A stretch of 59,834 nt of DNA from Microthyrium microscopicum. Taxonomy: Eukaryota. The translations under genes and the position numbers were made by a program. The notes beneath the pieces are model-generated. The model made no database searches, was not told the origin of the DNA, and saw only the letters and a list, made by a program, of their open reading frames with translations. The stretch spans positions 1,049,340-1,109,173 of the forward strand of contig MU004243.1 of NCBI GenBank assembly GCA_010405405.1, read 5' to 3'. Of the stretch, positions 25,358-36,665 are shown piece by piece (the first letter of the stretch is position 1; every line of letters begins with the position of its first letter).

Positions 25358-25949
25358 CTTTACGGAGTAGAGATTTATCGTGCTCCTATCTATTAGCCGA
25401 TTTATTGTCCAATAAGATTCCCTGAATTAATGTTAGAGAGGAGCTAACTAAGTAGATCAGGTCTCTTCACTTTCGCATTTCAACTTTGGAAGAACTATAA
25501 TACTATGTACTCTAGCAAACCGATTCGGACAGATCAAGATCCCGCGTATGCCAAATAAGTCAGTCAGTCCAGTCTAGCATGGAGAGCGACGCTTATCTTC
25601 TGCGGTTCCACCTGCAACCTAACGTCATGCAATGATCTACACCACCATGAGGTATCGCCTACCTGTACAATTCCTAGACTAAATGAGAGCTACCTGTTAG
25701 AAGGTTTGACGACATCAAACCAATTACATATGTATTGGCTCCCGGCCTATCACCAACTTGCCTTGTTCAGTCTAAGCATGTTGTGCCCAAATATCACCAA
25801 CTAGACGCTAAACACCAACGCTGTACCACGTTTATAAAGAACAAAGCCCGGGACTCTAAAAGAAAGCGCCGAACATCATATATCCTGATAACGCCGTTCG
25901 CCCATTACACTCTCAAGTAGCTTTGAGAATCCTTCTGAGAAATTAGAGT

Positions 25950-27519
25950 ATGGCAGAAAAGAAAGAAGGCGTGCAAACGCCAGAAAACATCAATACTCGA
26001 AATGAACTCGACGCTATGGCGAACATCCAAATCGACCATCACGCTGAAGCGAAACTGATCCGCAAGCTAGATTTACATATTATCCCTATTACTATGTTGC
26101 TGTATCTACTAAGTTTTCTCGATCGCGTCAACATTGGAAACGCGCGGTAAGTACATACTGATATCCTGTCTCACACTTAAGCTGACAAAATCAGTCTATA
26201 CGGCATGGAGGAGGACTTGGGCCTGGTAGGCGACCAATACCAAACCGCCGTCTCAATCCTCTTCGTAACCTATCTTCTCTCTGAAGTCCCCTCTAACTTG
26301 CTGCTCAAATACCTGCGCCCATCACGCTGGATATCCTTCATCGCCACGTCCTGGGGCATCATCGCCACGCTTTCTGGCCTGACGCACAACTACGCTGGGC
26401 TCATTGTAACACGCCTGCTACTTGGTCTCGTGGAAGGAGGGCTGTTTCCGGGCATGGCTATATATCTGACCATGTTCTACACCAAGCGGGAGTTGGCGCT
26501 ACGGATTGGGTATCTATTCGTCAGCGCTGCGATTGCCGGCGCATGTGGAGGATTGCTAGCGTTTGGAATCGGTTATATGGATGGCGTAGCGGGTCAACGT
26601 GGATGGCGCTGGATATTCATACTCGAGGGTATACCCACATTCGTGCTCGGCATAGTGACGTGGTTCTTCCTGGCTGATAACCCGGAAACCGCGTGGTATT
26701 TGAGTGCAGACGAGAAAGAACTGATGGTTTTGAAACGACGCCGGGAAGTCGGACAGACGGCGTCTGCCCAAGAATTTCACTGGGACGATGCAAAGCTTGG
26801 ATTTAGAGATTGGAAGATATATGCGTTCTGTGCAGCGCAGTTTGGCGGCGATACCATGCTCTATGGATTTTCGACCTTTCTGCCGACAATCATTACAGGG
26901 ATCGATCCGCATTTCAAACCGGCCATTGTGCAGGTGCTTACAATTCCGTGTTATGCGCTTGGGGCTGTAACGTATCTTGGTGTTGCATGGTTGTCGGATC
27001 GGCATCAGAGAAGAGGATATTACACTTGTGGTCTAGGACTTGTAAGCATCATTGGCTATGCAATGCTCATCAGCAATAGTCCAGCTTCTGTCCACTACGC
27101 AGGATGCTTTTTGGTAGCCATGGGATTGTACGTGTTGGTGGGAATTCCGCTGGCTTGGCTGCCTTCGAATAATCCGCGCTATGGAAAGCGGACAGTTGCA
27201 TCAGGGCTTCAGTTGACAATCGGGAACGCCTCTGGAGTAATGGCGCCATTTGTAGGTGAGCATCCACAACGCAGTCGCATAGCTAATGTTTTTCAAGCTC
27301 TACAAGTCTGGTGAAGGCCCTCGATACACTCGGGGTCACGCTGTAACGATGGCCTTGGTGGCATTCGCAGTCGTCGTTTATGGGACTATCGCGTCTTACT
27401 TTTCCAGGGCAAACCGTCGTAGAGAGCAAGGGTTGGAGGATGAAAAATATGCGCATCTGACTGACGAGGCTCTAGAAGAGCTTGGTGATCGAAATCCACG
27501 ATTTGTCTTTACCTGGTAG
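25950..27519 (+). CDS. MFS transporter, anion:cation symporter family (Tna1/Dal5-like nicotinate/allantoate permease)
   Basis: Motifs KLIRKLDLHIIP, FLDRVNIGNAR, EVPSNLLLK, RLLLGLVEGGLFPG, GWRWIFILEG, LGDRNPRFVFT. GT-AG introns at 26147-26194 and 27252-27297 join the three ORF pieces in frame. Confidence 0.93.
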
Positions 27520-27564
27520 CTCTGAAGTAAAGACCCAATCCATTCCAATTATTATTGAAATGGA

Positions 27565-28822
27565 TCATCCATGCAGCCATTCAACAGATCGACATCGATC
27601 AACCAATCGAAGCGTTGTCTCATCCAGCGGTGCAAAGTGAATAAACCCTCCAGCTCGGCGACCGCTGAGAATATCGAGAGTGTCAAGGATTTCAGCGCCT
27701 TTGTAGCCCATACCAGGGCGTCGTAACTGGCTATTTTCAAGCAAGTTGTGGAGAACGCGCAAATACGTGTGACGCAAGGCCTGGGTCATAGCTGCGCTGT
27801 CTGAGGGCATATCATCATCGTCTGCAGGCAGATCCAATAGATTCCGTAAAACTACGTCCAGCAGGACATGAAGATCATTGGTGTAGAAGTATTCCGCAGT
27901 GCTGCTCGTAGCGAACACCAGATAAAGAAGCTTCAATATTTGTATTTGCAAAATCGCTTCCTTTTCACGATTTATCAAGAGAATGATGGTTTGGCCAAAA
28001 GTTTTGTAAGATGCCGAGTGTGTTCCAATTGCTTTGATGACTCGATTTGTTAAGTGAGCCGATCCATTTGGTAGTCCAGGCGGTGGTGGCTGAGATGACA
28101 CTACCATGTATTGCTCGTTAAGGACTAGTAACACGCGAATGATACTATAATGGAATGGGTCTGCAACATCACCAGACATACTCTCTATCATGGAGAAAAG
28201 AGACAGAACAAATGCATCATCCACTGATGCAAGCTCGAGCCATTCCAGGGTAAAGATTCTTGCTTGTTCGTAGATCAGATCTAGCAGGATCATGAAGAGT
28301 TCGGAGTGTTCGCCATTCTGGCCAAAGGTATGTATGAGCTCAACTAGTCGAGGAAATCCGCCTTCATCTCTGATCATCTCAAAGGTTGGATCTTGCTGCC
28401 GGCCATCAAGTAGTAGAAGGGCTGCACATATATGCAATATTGCCGGGTCGTCTTCTTGTAGTAGAACATAGACGAATTGCCGTCTAACATATTCTTCTTG
28501 CTGAGTGAAAACGGCTGCAGTACGAAGCTGATATACGCATCGTGAGACTTCATCATCTGATGCAAGATATTCGGCTGGTATTCTTTAGCCCAAAATGACC
28601 ACCTCAGCATTCCTGGCTAATTTACCTTTATAAGTCACAATGAGTGATAGGAAGGATCGCAGGCAGTTATCTATAGATTCGGGGGTGGTACAAGGAGTGG
28701 ACAAAACGTCGCTAAGAGCTAGTTATCGTGTGAGTAGTTGCAAGAACCATGATCAGACGTTGGAACGCACCATCCCAGAATTGATCGGCAGATTCAACTT
28801 GATACGAGATATCGGGTTCCAT
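27565..28822 (-). CDS. LDB17: Ldb17/Dip1 (WISH/DIP/SPIN90 family) Arp2/3 activator homologue
   Basis: Spliced start MEPDISYQVESADQFWDALSDVLS...IDNCLRSFL... with introns 28770-28719 and 28625-28575. Conserved IIRVLLVLNEQYMV, FGQTIILLINRE and EYFYTNDLHVLLDVVLRNLLDLP segments. Confidence 0.88.
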
Positions 28823-29252
28823 TTTCAAGCCACTCAATGTTATTAGGCCAGATGAGATTGTATGTCAGAGACATGATCGGGAGGTCAGACTGGATGGAAG
28901 ACTCCGGGGTAACGAAGGCCGATAGATTCGGTGCTTGTGCAAAGTAACAGATAAAACTGCAGGGCACGAGATAGCCGTCAGATGAGGACAAGAAAGTGGT
29001 AAGAAAGCATTCTGGTCTGAAGCGGAGAGCAGAAATTGGTGCGTGATGGTAGAAGTGAAGTGTGTAGTACCATAATGGAGAGGGTCAGCCCGTGAATTCC
29101 TAGGTTTTTGACTCCACATTTACTGCGGATTTTGACTGTCGATCTACTCTGGAATTAGCCTAGTCCCTGAGATCTATCTTGACTTCAACATCCAATCAAA
29201 TAACTTTGACGTTAACTCAACCTTTGCACCATTCTAAAACAGGTTAGTAGTA

Positions 29253-29406
29253 GGTCAGCATGAGAAGTAAAAGTGGAGTGCAAGTCAATTTTACTCAGTA
29301 AAAACGACTTTTACTCTTTTACGCGCCATTCCCTTTTAGGGAGTAAAAACGCCTTCCAAGTACCTGCGGATCGCGTTCCGAGGGTACTCCAAATGGCATG
29401 CTGACC
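29253..29406. mobile_element. Possible MITE-like remnant
   Basis: 10-bp perfect inverted ends GGTCAGCATG / CATGCTGACC enclosing five (G)AGTAAAA / TTTTACTC motifs in both orientations. No TSD visible. Confidence 0.4.
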
Positions 29407-32046
29407 CTCTCCAATGACGCTTGGGAGGCCGGACCCACCCAGACCTGCCATTTGCACTTAAACACTTTTTGCAACACCACGCGCACGGACCGAAATCTAT
29501 CACCATATTTCCAACTTTATTTCACTACATCAAGATCGGATAGTGCTCTCGCATTCGAGTCGTGAACGGTTCAGAGTCCGCAAAAACTTTATGTTCCAAG
29601 TCCTAGATCGCCTTTTGTGCCACCAGTCAGGTATGGTAGACGACAAGATTCCCCAACATGCCTACTACAGCAGTAACTTACAAGTTACACGGCATTTAAC
29701 AACACACTGCAGTAAGAGTTCCTGCTATCCCTCATCCCTCTACTTCCCGGAAGATTTCAAGAGCTACATGTGTGACCATCATGAAGGGCTCTCCGACAAT
29801 AGCAAAGGGCTCTTGAAAAGGTTACCTCAGCCTTCACCAACCTCTGACGAGAACGAAGTAATGTGTGAAAAGTATGTCACACGTATCAGCAAACTCAAAC
29901 CTCAATGAAGCAACCGTTCTACAAAATCTTGCCCCACTCGTCTGTCCACTTATCACTGATACTAGAGACTGCAGCCATGATCTGGCGGACCTTGAGAAAT
30001 TTATGAACAACCCATAGAACTAGTACATTCCAGTCACTTCGAAGCGTCCAGAGTCGGATCGCACAGTGGGATTTGGTACAGCTCAATTCAGCTTCGGTCA
30101 AGAAGAGTAGGTAGTCAAGAAGGGAAAGACTTTCGAGAATCAGACTTCCTCCAGAGTTATTCCGAGACTACACAGGTATCTCGTCATTTATAATAGTCCA
30201 CGAATCAAATGAGTCATGCTTACAGCCAATAAAAAATAAGAATCCACTATGCGAGAAGTTTACGAAATGAGCTAAAATTAGAGTTGAAAGTCCAGAGTAG
30301 GACGATCAACTTTGATCTTCTTCATCACGTACGTGCTTCTGGATCTTGATAATCTGCTAACGATCGTTTGTACAAATTCGTTGAGAACAGATCACCTGCA
30401 TCATCTGCAATTCCATACTGCTGTTTGATTTCTTACGAAGGTGGCAACAATATCATTCCGGCTATACGGGGTCCTAACAGCTTCATATTCACTTCGCATA
30501 ATTTAAATGCCCAGCTACTCTGACAATACTATTTGTTATTTTCCGTTGACCGATATAGTTTCCAGCGACTTGACCTGGGAATCGGGAAAGGTCGTCCAAT
30601 CGAGACCATGGAACGTAAATAAAGGAAAACCCATCCGAGTGCTGTCTTTTTTCTATGAACTACTAATACTCTAGAGATGTCTATGCTTTGAATTGGCAGT
30701 CATTCCATATGATGAGACAATCTAAGCAACCTCTAGTCCGACCAATTTCACAGCTACATCATATCGTCTTTCAATGTCAACGGAAAAATCAACAGATGAC
30801 CCACAAGTAGCAAGTTCCACATCTGATGTAACAGAATCATGCTAGGAAGATAGCCCGTCTTCTCCAGACATTTGAAAGAACAATATGTGTACTATTGGGT
30901 GGGAAGTAGCCAAGAAAGCCAAGTATATATTAAGTACGGAAAGATTTGCCAATGATTCTTGGTAATGGTTAACCTTTGCTTGTATCTGCCAGCTGTGATT
31001 TCCTTGAGAACTACTTACACCAATACTTTCGCATCCGTTAAGCTGTCATGGTTAATTGGGGCCACATATCAGGGCATCTAATCTTTCACACCACATATCA
31101 GTTAGAGATTGAATAACTGATTAGCAGTATCAACTAAATATAGGAAACTATGGTCAGTCTAAAAATACTTTATATTGCTATGGTTCCAGTCCAATTATCG
31201 TTAAAGCTTCCTTGACAGGTGTTGACTTGGCAAACCTTGTCATAAGCTTGATACGTACCGAGATACTGGCTAAGCACGGGGTAAACCAACGTGTTACACC
31301 GAGGATTTATCTGGTGACTTAGAGGGCTTTCTAGAACTGCACCAGGAACTCGGCTCATATAGATACAATGATCACAGGGGTAATGAATTGGGCCAAGCCT
31401 AGAACTTAGTGCTTCGTTAGAGCCAAGATTCTCTACGGAGAAATTGTACACTCAAAAAGTGCAAGACAAGAGATTGATTTCCCGAAATGCATTCTTGGCT
31501 TCATGAAGCCTCTCTTGGCTTCGTCGTTATGCTTTAATGTCGCAGTGGCCAAGAACACTTGATCGACCGGTTAAGACGGCAAGTTTATACTGAGCACATA
31601 TCTCTAGAATATGTCGAAAACGACGATATCTCGACTGTTAATGGCAAGTAGTTGGGAAGCAGTAGGCCAGAAAGCAGCAAGATAATATTTTTGTAAATCA
31701 ATATAAGGGCCTTCCGAGTTCTCGGTTGACACGGCGGGTTCAGTGGTGCGGCAGCATACTCCCGTGCGAACGAACTGTTCAGCCCCAGGTACCTAATATA
31801 TGTCATGACGCTACTGTGCCGGGGATGTAAAAGTTTGTAAAAGGCAATACTTTCGAAGATGAGTTGGTCTGTCTCACTTCTGGCAAAGAGGAGATGCACA
31901 CCCCGGTTCCTGGTTACGATGTAGACCAAACCATGAGCTTCAACGGTGGAATTTAATGAAGTTGAATTAGAAGAATGGAGAATCTATCTGAGATTTCCCG
32001 TCCAGACGAAGTCGACAATTGATATCATGGCGGGTGACAGAATGTG

Positions 32047-32054
32047 TATATAAG
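32047..32054 (+). promoter_or_regulatory. TATA box of the small secreted protein gene
   Basis: TATATAAG 115 bp upstream of ATG 32162, followed by a C/A-rich leader and a CAAAATG start context. Confidence 0.6.
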
Positions 32055-32161
32055 ACTGCCTTTTCTTTCGAATATCATACTTCTCATCATCAAACAACAG
32101 CATCATCACTTCAGTCTAATACACTCATTCAGAACTTACTCTGCAAATTCACTCTTTCAAA

Positions 32162-32596
32162 ATGCTTTTCACCAAGACTGCTCTTATCGCCCTTCTCGGC
32201 TTCGGGTAAGAACTTCTACTCACTTCTCAAACTTTCAGTGATGCTAACTCATCTTTCAGCTTCACCGCCTTCGCTGCTCCAGTTGAGAACACCGCTGCTG
32301 CCCCAGCTGACGGATGCTCTGGTTCCGGCCACTACGGCCGATGCGAGCAGGGCCGCGACCAAAAGCACCAGGGATATCGTGAGGAGCGCGCTGGAGACTA
32401 CCGTGATGGACGACATGATGTGCACCAAGGTGCCCGAACGTAAGTCATATCCTCAAAATGCATTGGATCAGATCGTGAGCCTATACTAACGAAGCCTAGC
32501 GAATGCCGAAATGGCGGAAGCTGCGGTTATCGCAACACCCAGGGAGATCACAGGGACATCCGCGATCACGACTCTCGCCGTGGCCGCAACTACTAG
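32162..32596 (+). CDS. Small secreted protein, 106 aa, 4 Cys, Arg/Asp/Gly/His-rich (effector candidate)
   Basis: Exons 32162-32205, 32260-32439 and 32500-32596 total 321 nt; both introns have GTAAG donor, CTAAC branch and YAG acceptor. Product: MLFTKTALIALLGFGFTAFAAPVENTAAAPADGCSGSGHYGRCEQGRDQKHQGYREERAGDYRDGRHDVHQGARTECRNGGSCGYRNTQGDHRDIRDHDSRRGRNY. Confidence 0.9.
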
Positions 32597-33357
32597 ACGG
32601 ATGGCAATTCTCTATGTGACTTTCTCTTCTAAACATCAATGTTAAGCTTGGCTTATTAGTCTGAGACCTATTTTACTATTTACTTAAATTACAAAATCAA
32701 CCGGTTCAAAAATCATTTCACACCTTGCACTCTGAAAGATATTTATTGTGTTAATGGATATTCAATATTGTGCTGATAGTGGTTGGCAGTTGTGGATCTT
32801 TTTACTTGCTTTTTGTGTCGGAGTATGGAGACAGACTTTCCTACTCGAACTTCGCTAATTCGTCACTTACGCTGGTCCTTTGAAAGGAGGTTACTTCTAA
32901 CTCAAACTTGGTCTCATTTGGCATGTATGACCAAAGTCCAAGATGGATCAAGGAATCGCCCATGATTTATAGCAATACTGGGCATTGGGCAGCGGATAGC
33001 ACCGTTCACGAACCGACAGCACATATTCTTCAAAATAATTGGAAGACGATGTTATGAAGCAAAGGTACTGAGTTCTGGAAGGTTAGAAAATGATGAATAG
33101 ACACGTGAATACGCGAACTTTGTCGCGTAGGTTCACTTGATGACACTGAACCGAGGACGCGTTTGGTGGCGCTCTAGTACATAAGATATTCAGCTCCTCG
33201 GATTCCCACCCACAAAGTCTTGACTTTTACCTTTTATTCTAATCTCAAATACACAACGACATGCAAAGGTCGACTTCTTTGCTTTCCTCTTGCCATTATA
33301 TTGCCTTTCAAGGGGTGTTATGGCGACTCAAGGTCTTCACTACTCCCAGCTTACGAT

Positions 33358-36088
33358 ATGAACATTATCACTCCCCGCTCAGATGAGTCAGGAAACGAAC
33401 TTTGGGCACAAGACCCCATTCTACAGCTGTCTAGCGTGGAAGAAAAACAGGAAAGCATCAAGAAACTGTTCCGCGATGCCTTCAGTGGAGTTGACACGGA
33501 AGCCAAGATAGCAATTCCTTCTTCGGCCACCCTTCTCGATCAAAATTTGGAGGCTACTCGTCGGGCATTACAATCATTGGAGACGGGAGAGTGTCCTTAC
33601 GTGGTTCACTTTTTAGAGCACAACTACACGCATGCGGATCTGAAAACTGATGTTCTCAACGGCAAAGATTTGCACATTGTAAGAACACTACAAGAGCTTT
33701 GTAATGAAGAGAAATTATTGTTTGTCTTGGCAGAATGCGAAAGAGAAGTATCTGGCATATGCGTTGAAGATGAGGACTACAACCATTACCAGAAATGTGG
33801 TCGGAAGTGGGAAGCACAGGCTAGAGATGACAGGCGTCGGAAAAAGTATGGAAAGTGTTATTGCGACCGCGATGAGGATGAGGACGACGACGATCATATT
33901 TGTGAGACCTCCGACGAATCGGAGTCAGAGTATGGAGATGGAGATCATGATCTTCTGGATATGGAAGAAGTGCATTGCGACAAAGTATCTCTGAAGCGTG
34001 TCGTCGATCTGGATGGCCGCCAGATGGGACAAGATATACCCATTGATGCAAAACTTCTCATTCCAGAATCTCCGTACCAAGAGCGAGATCCTGATGCTCA
34101 TGAAAATGAAGGTTTTCGAGGGCTTGAGCCGGTTACTGGATATCATTGGTATCGAAACACGGTAAGATATACTGTCCTAGAAGAATATGGCGAACACTAA
34201 TAACCTAGGTAATTGTGATTATACCAGTTGAGCAAGTACCCGCGCTCCTCATTAGTCATTACAAAGCCAAAAAGTCCGGCGAGGAGCTTCGAGAATCCTA
34301 CAGGGGAAGGAGATCATACCGGCGTGTAGATCCACCGTCGTTTGATATCAACAACACGCTGACATACTTGCACAACAAAACCTCTGGCGACTCCCATACT
34401 ACCCTGAAAAAGATTTACTACGAGCTTTGTCATAGCGCATTTGAATATGCCCCAGAACTGATCTCAAGCGAAAACATAGCTCGATCAGTAAAACTTGCTG
34501 TGGAATTTGATCTCGAAGAAAGGCATACTTCATTGCTGACACAAGCATTGTGCTCGTGGGTAAAGCTCTTGCCACTTGAAGATCTTCCTAACTTACGAGC
34601 CATTCTGGGTACTCTGACCTTTGATACTTTTCGAACAGCGTACAATTTTCACTCTCGATTTCCTCATAGCTCACTTCACTGATTTTGATAGACTCTCGCA
34701 ATGCCTCAGTGGCATAACCTCGTTTCAGAAATGTCACGATGCCATCAGATATGTTCAGCAGCTGTGTCGTACGTCACAAAACCGAGCTAGACTCCCAAAA
34801 ATCGAATGGATCGATTCATTTGAGGCTGATGTCTTCGAAACGAGAACATTTGGCCACCACAAAGATGGCACGGCATTGGTTGAGCTATATAGCCGCACTG
34901 AAGATTATGGTATTGATCGCAAAGAGTGAGTCCTGACCCCTTCCTTGTTCAATACTGGAACTCTGTACTAACACTATAAGGATCATCACCTTGCTTCGGG
35001 AGAATTCGAGCAAGACTCCCCTGATATCAGGATTTCTGGCTTCTCTGTTCGACTACGGAGTGAACCAGTGCACTTTATCAGAAGAAGAAGCCGAGGAAGC
35101 TTTCCGCACACTGCTTCCTGACTGTATCGCTCACTTCAATCCGCAAGACGATGATTTGCACGGGATACAGCCAATCGCTGCTCGCACTAGTGCAATGTAT
35201 CGTCCGTGGAACCAAGAAGTGATTCATGAACCGAAGAGCGCCGAAATCGAAAAGGACTCCCTCACACGACCTGTAGTTCATTTGATGGATGGGCTATATC
35301 GACTGAAGATGCACAACGATCTTGTCACGCTTATGGCCAAACTAAAATCGGCCGCTGATAGACTGCCAATGCAGTATTTCAAGGCCCTCTTTCTACCCAT
35401 TCTTCACTCCTTGCTACCGGTATTGGAGAAACACAGCGAAAAATTGAGCAACGAAACTTGCCAGTCATTCTTCAAATCAGTCTTGTCTTCATACATGAAA
35501 CGTGTTGTCGGCAGAATGCCGCAAGATCCAGAGCCCAATAATTGGGCCAGAAAACCTGTGTCCTGTAGGTGCTCCAGCTGCGGGTGGCTCAACAGCCTGA
35601 TTACAGATCCCACAAGAAAATCTGATCGGTTGCGAATCGCGACAAGAGGAAGGGGCCATATTCATAGTCAAGTAGAGAGTGCTGCAGACACGTACACACA
35701 TGTCACTGAGAGAACTGGCAGTCCATACACCATTGTCGTCACTAAAACCCGGGTGGGCTATGAAAGGAATCTAGCAGCATGGAAAGCACGTCTGGCTGAA
35801 GCTACGCTGCTGATGAATGAGTTTGACACAGTAAAACTGCAGACGCTTCTTGGAGATGATTTCTCACCTATAGTGACGGGCTCAATGTTGAAAGCGAGGA
35901 AGGCAGCGGTCACTGATGGCCAGAGAAAACGGCAGAAGACTGAATCGTCTAAAATTGGAACATCCGGAGACCAGATTGCCCTGGAACCTATAAGTGGGAA
36001 CAGCTATCACGCCGAGCTAAACGCAATGTCGAATATAGGCATGAAGAGAAAAGCTCTAGAAATCATCGATCTCACCGAAGATGATTGA
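33358..36088 (+). CDS. Large hypothetical protein resembling the non-catalytic part of fungal 2OG-Fe(II) oxygenase-domain proteins
   Basis: Introns 34162-34208, 34640-34691 and 34926-34980 join four ORFs in frame. Recalled family motifs: LEHNYT..L....LNGKD, LKRVVDLDG, PD..E.EGF.G.E....HWYRNTVIVIIP, NWARKPVSCRCSSC..LN, RGHIH, TERTGSPYTIVVTKT. Start codon uncertain. Confidence 0.8.
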
Positions 36089-36665
36089 TCAAAAGTAAAT
36101 GGCATTTCAATTTTCAAAGGGAATGGGGTAAGATTTACCAGTCGTCGGGTCGAAAGTCCTCAAGCTTCTCACTGTTTGTACTGTGCTAGAATACCTAGAT
36201 GAGACAATGGACCATCATTCTCATCGGTCACGATGTCTGTTCTGACACCCTTCGCTAATGGCTGGCTTGCCCTCCAATCATAGATGCTCGAGAACTTGGA
36301 GCCTCTGGCTTTGTTCCCAGCACGAGTATCCTTTTCCCTTTCGCTTGTATCCTGCATGCTCCCATTACAATAGTGCTGCCCTACGAGAAAGCGATATTTA
36401 GGTAAGTATAATATGGGAACCAGGTTTGAGAGGTAGGTAATTTATTGACCTTGCTTAAGCTTACCGAGTTAGGCCTGTCATGACGCATCATTAAGAGTCG
36501 CCGGACCAAGAATAGCAAGGAAAAGATATTTAATCAAAGGTGTGAAAATAATAAAATGTAAATAATACGATCAATCGCCGATTTACTACACTAACTTTAT
36601 GTAATAGTATTTTTCGACTTTGGTGTCGTTCCGCAGGGTCCAATAACTGCTAGTACATCTTCATA

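Larger units (their letters stand above)
928..25363 (+). mobile_element. RIP-degraded giant element, putative derelict Starship (~24.4 kb including a nested 7.5 kb Gypsy and two N gaps)
   Basis: The AT-rich TpA-saturated block begins and ends at an inverted pair: GCCTGGAAGAAC (932-943) and GTTCTTCTAGGC (25346-25357), 11/12 match, G>A mismatch. Flanked by TTAT (928-931) and TTAC (25360-25363); right junction reads TTAC-GGAGTAG-A. The interior shows splice signals of decayed genes on both strands. The N gap at 11133-11237 leaves contiguity unproven. Confidence 0.6.

Noticed and set aside
29543..31929. ORFs at 29543-29908, 29919-30101, 31170-31451 and 31585-31929
   Set aside because: Non-ATG starts, no recognisable motifs, no codon bias or consistent splice structure.
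32019..32489. 156-aa plus-strand ORF
   Set aside because: Wrong frame; it reads through the introns of the three-exon secreted protein gene.
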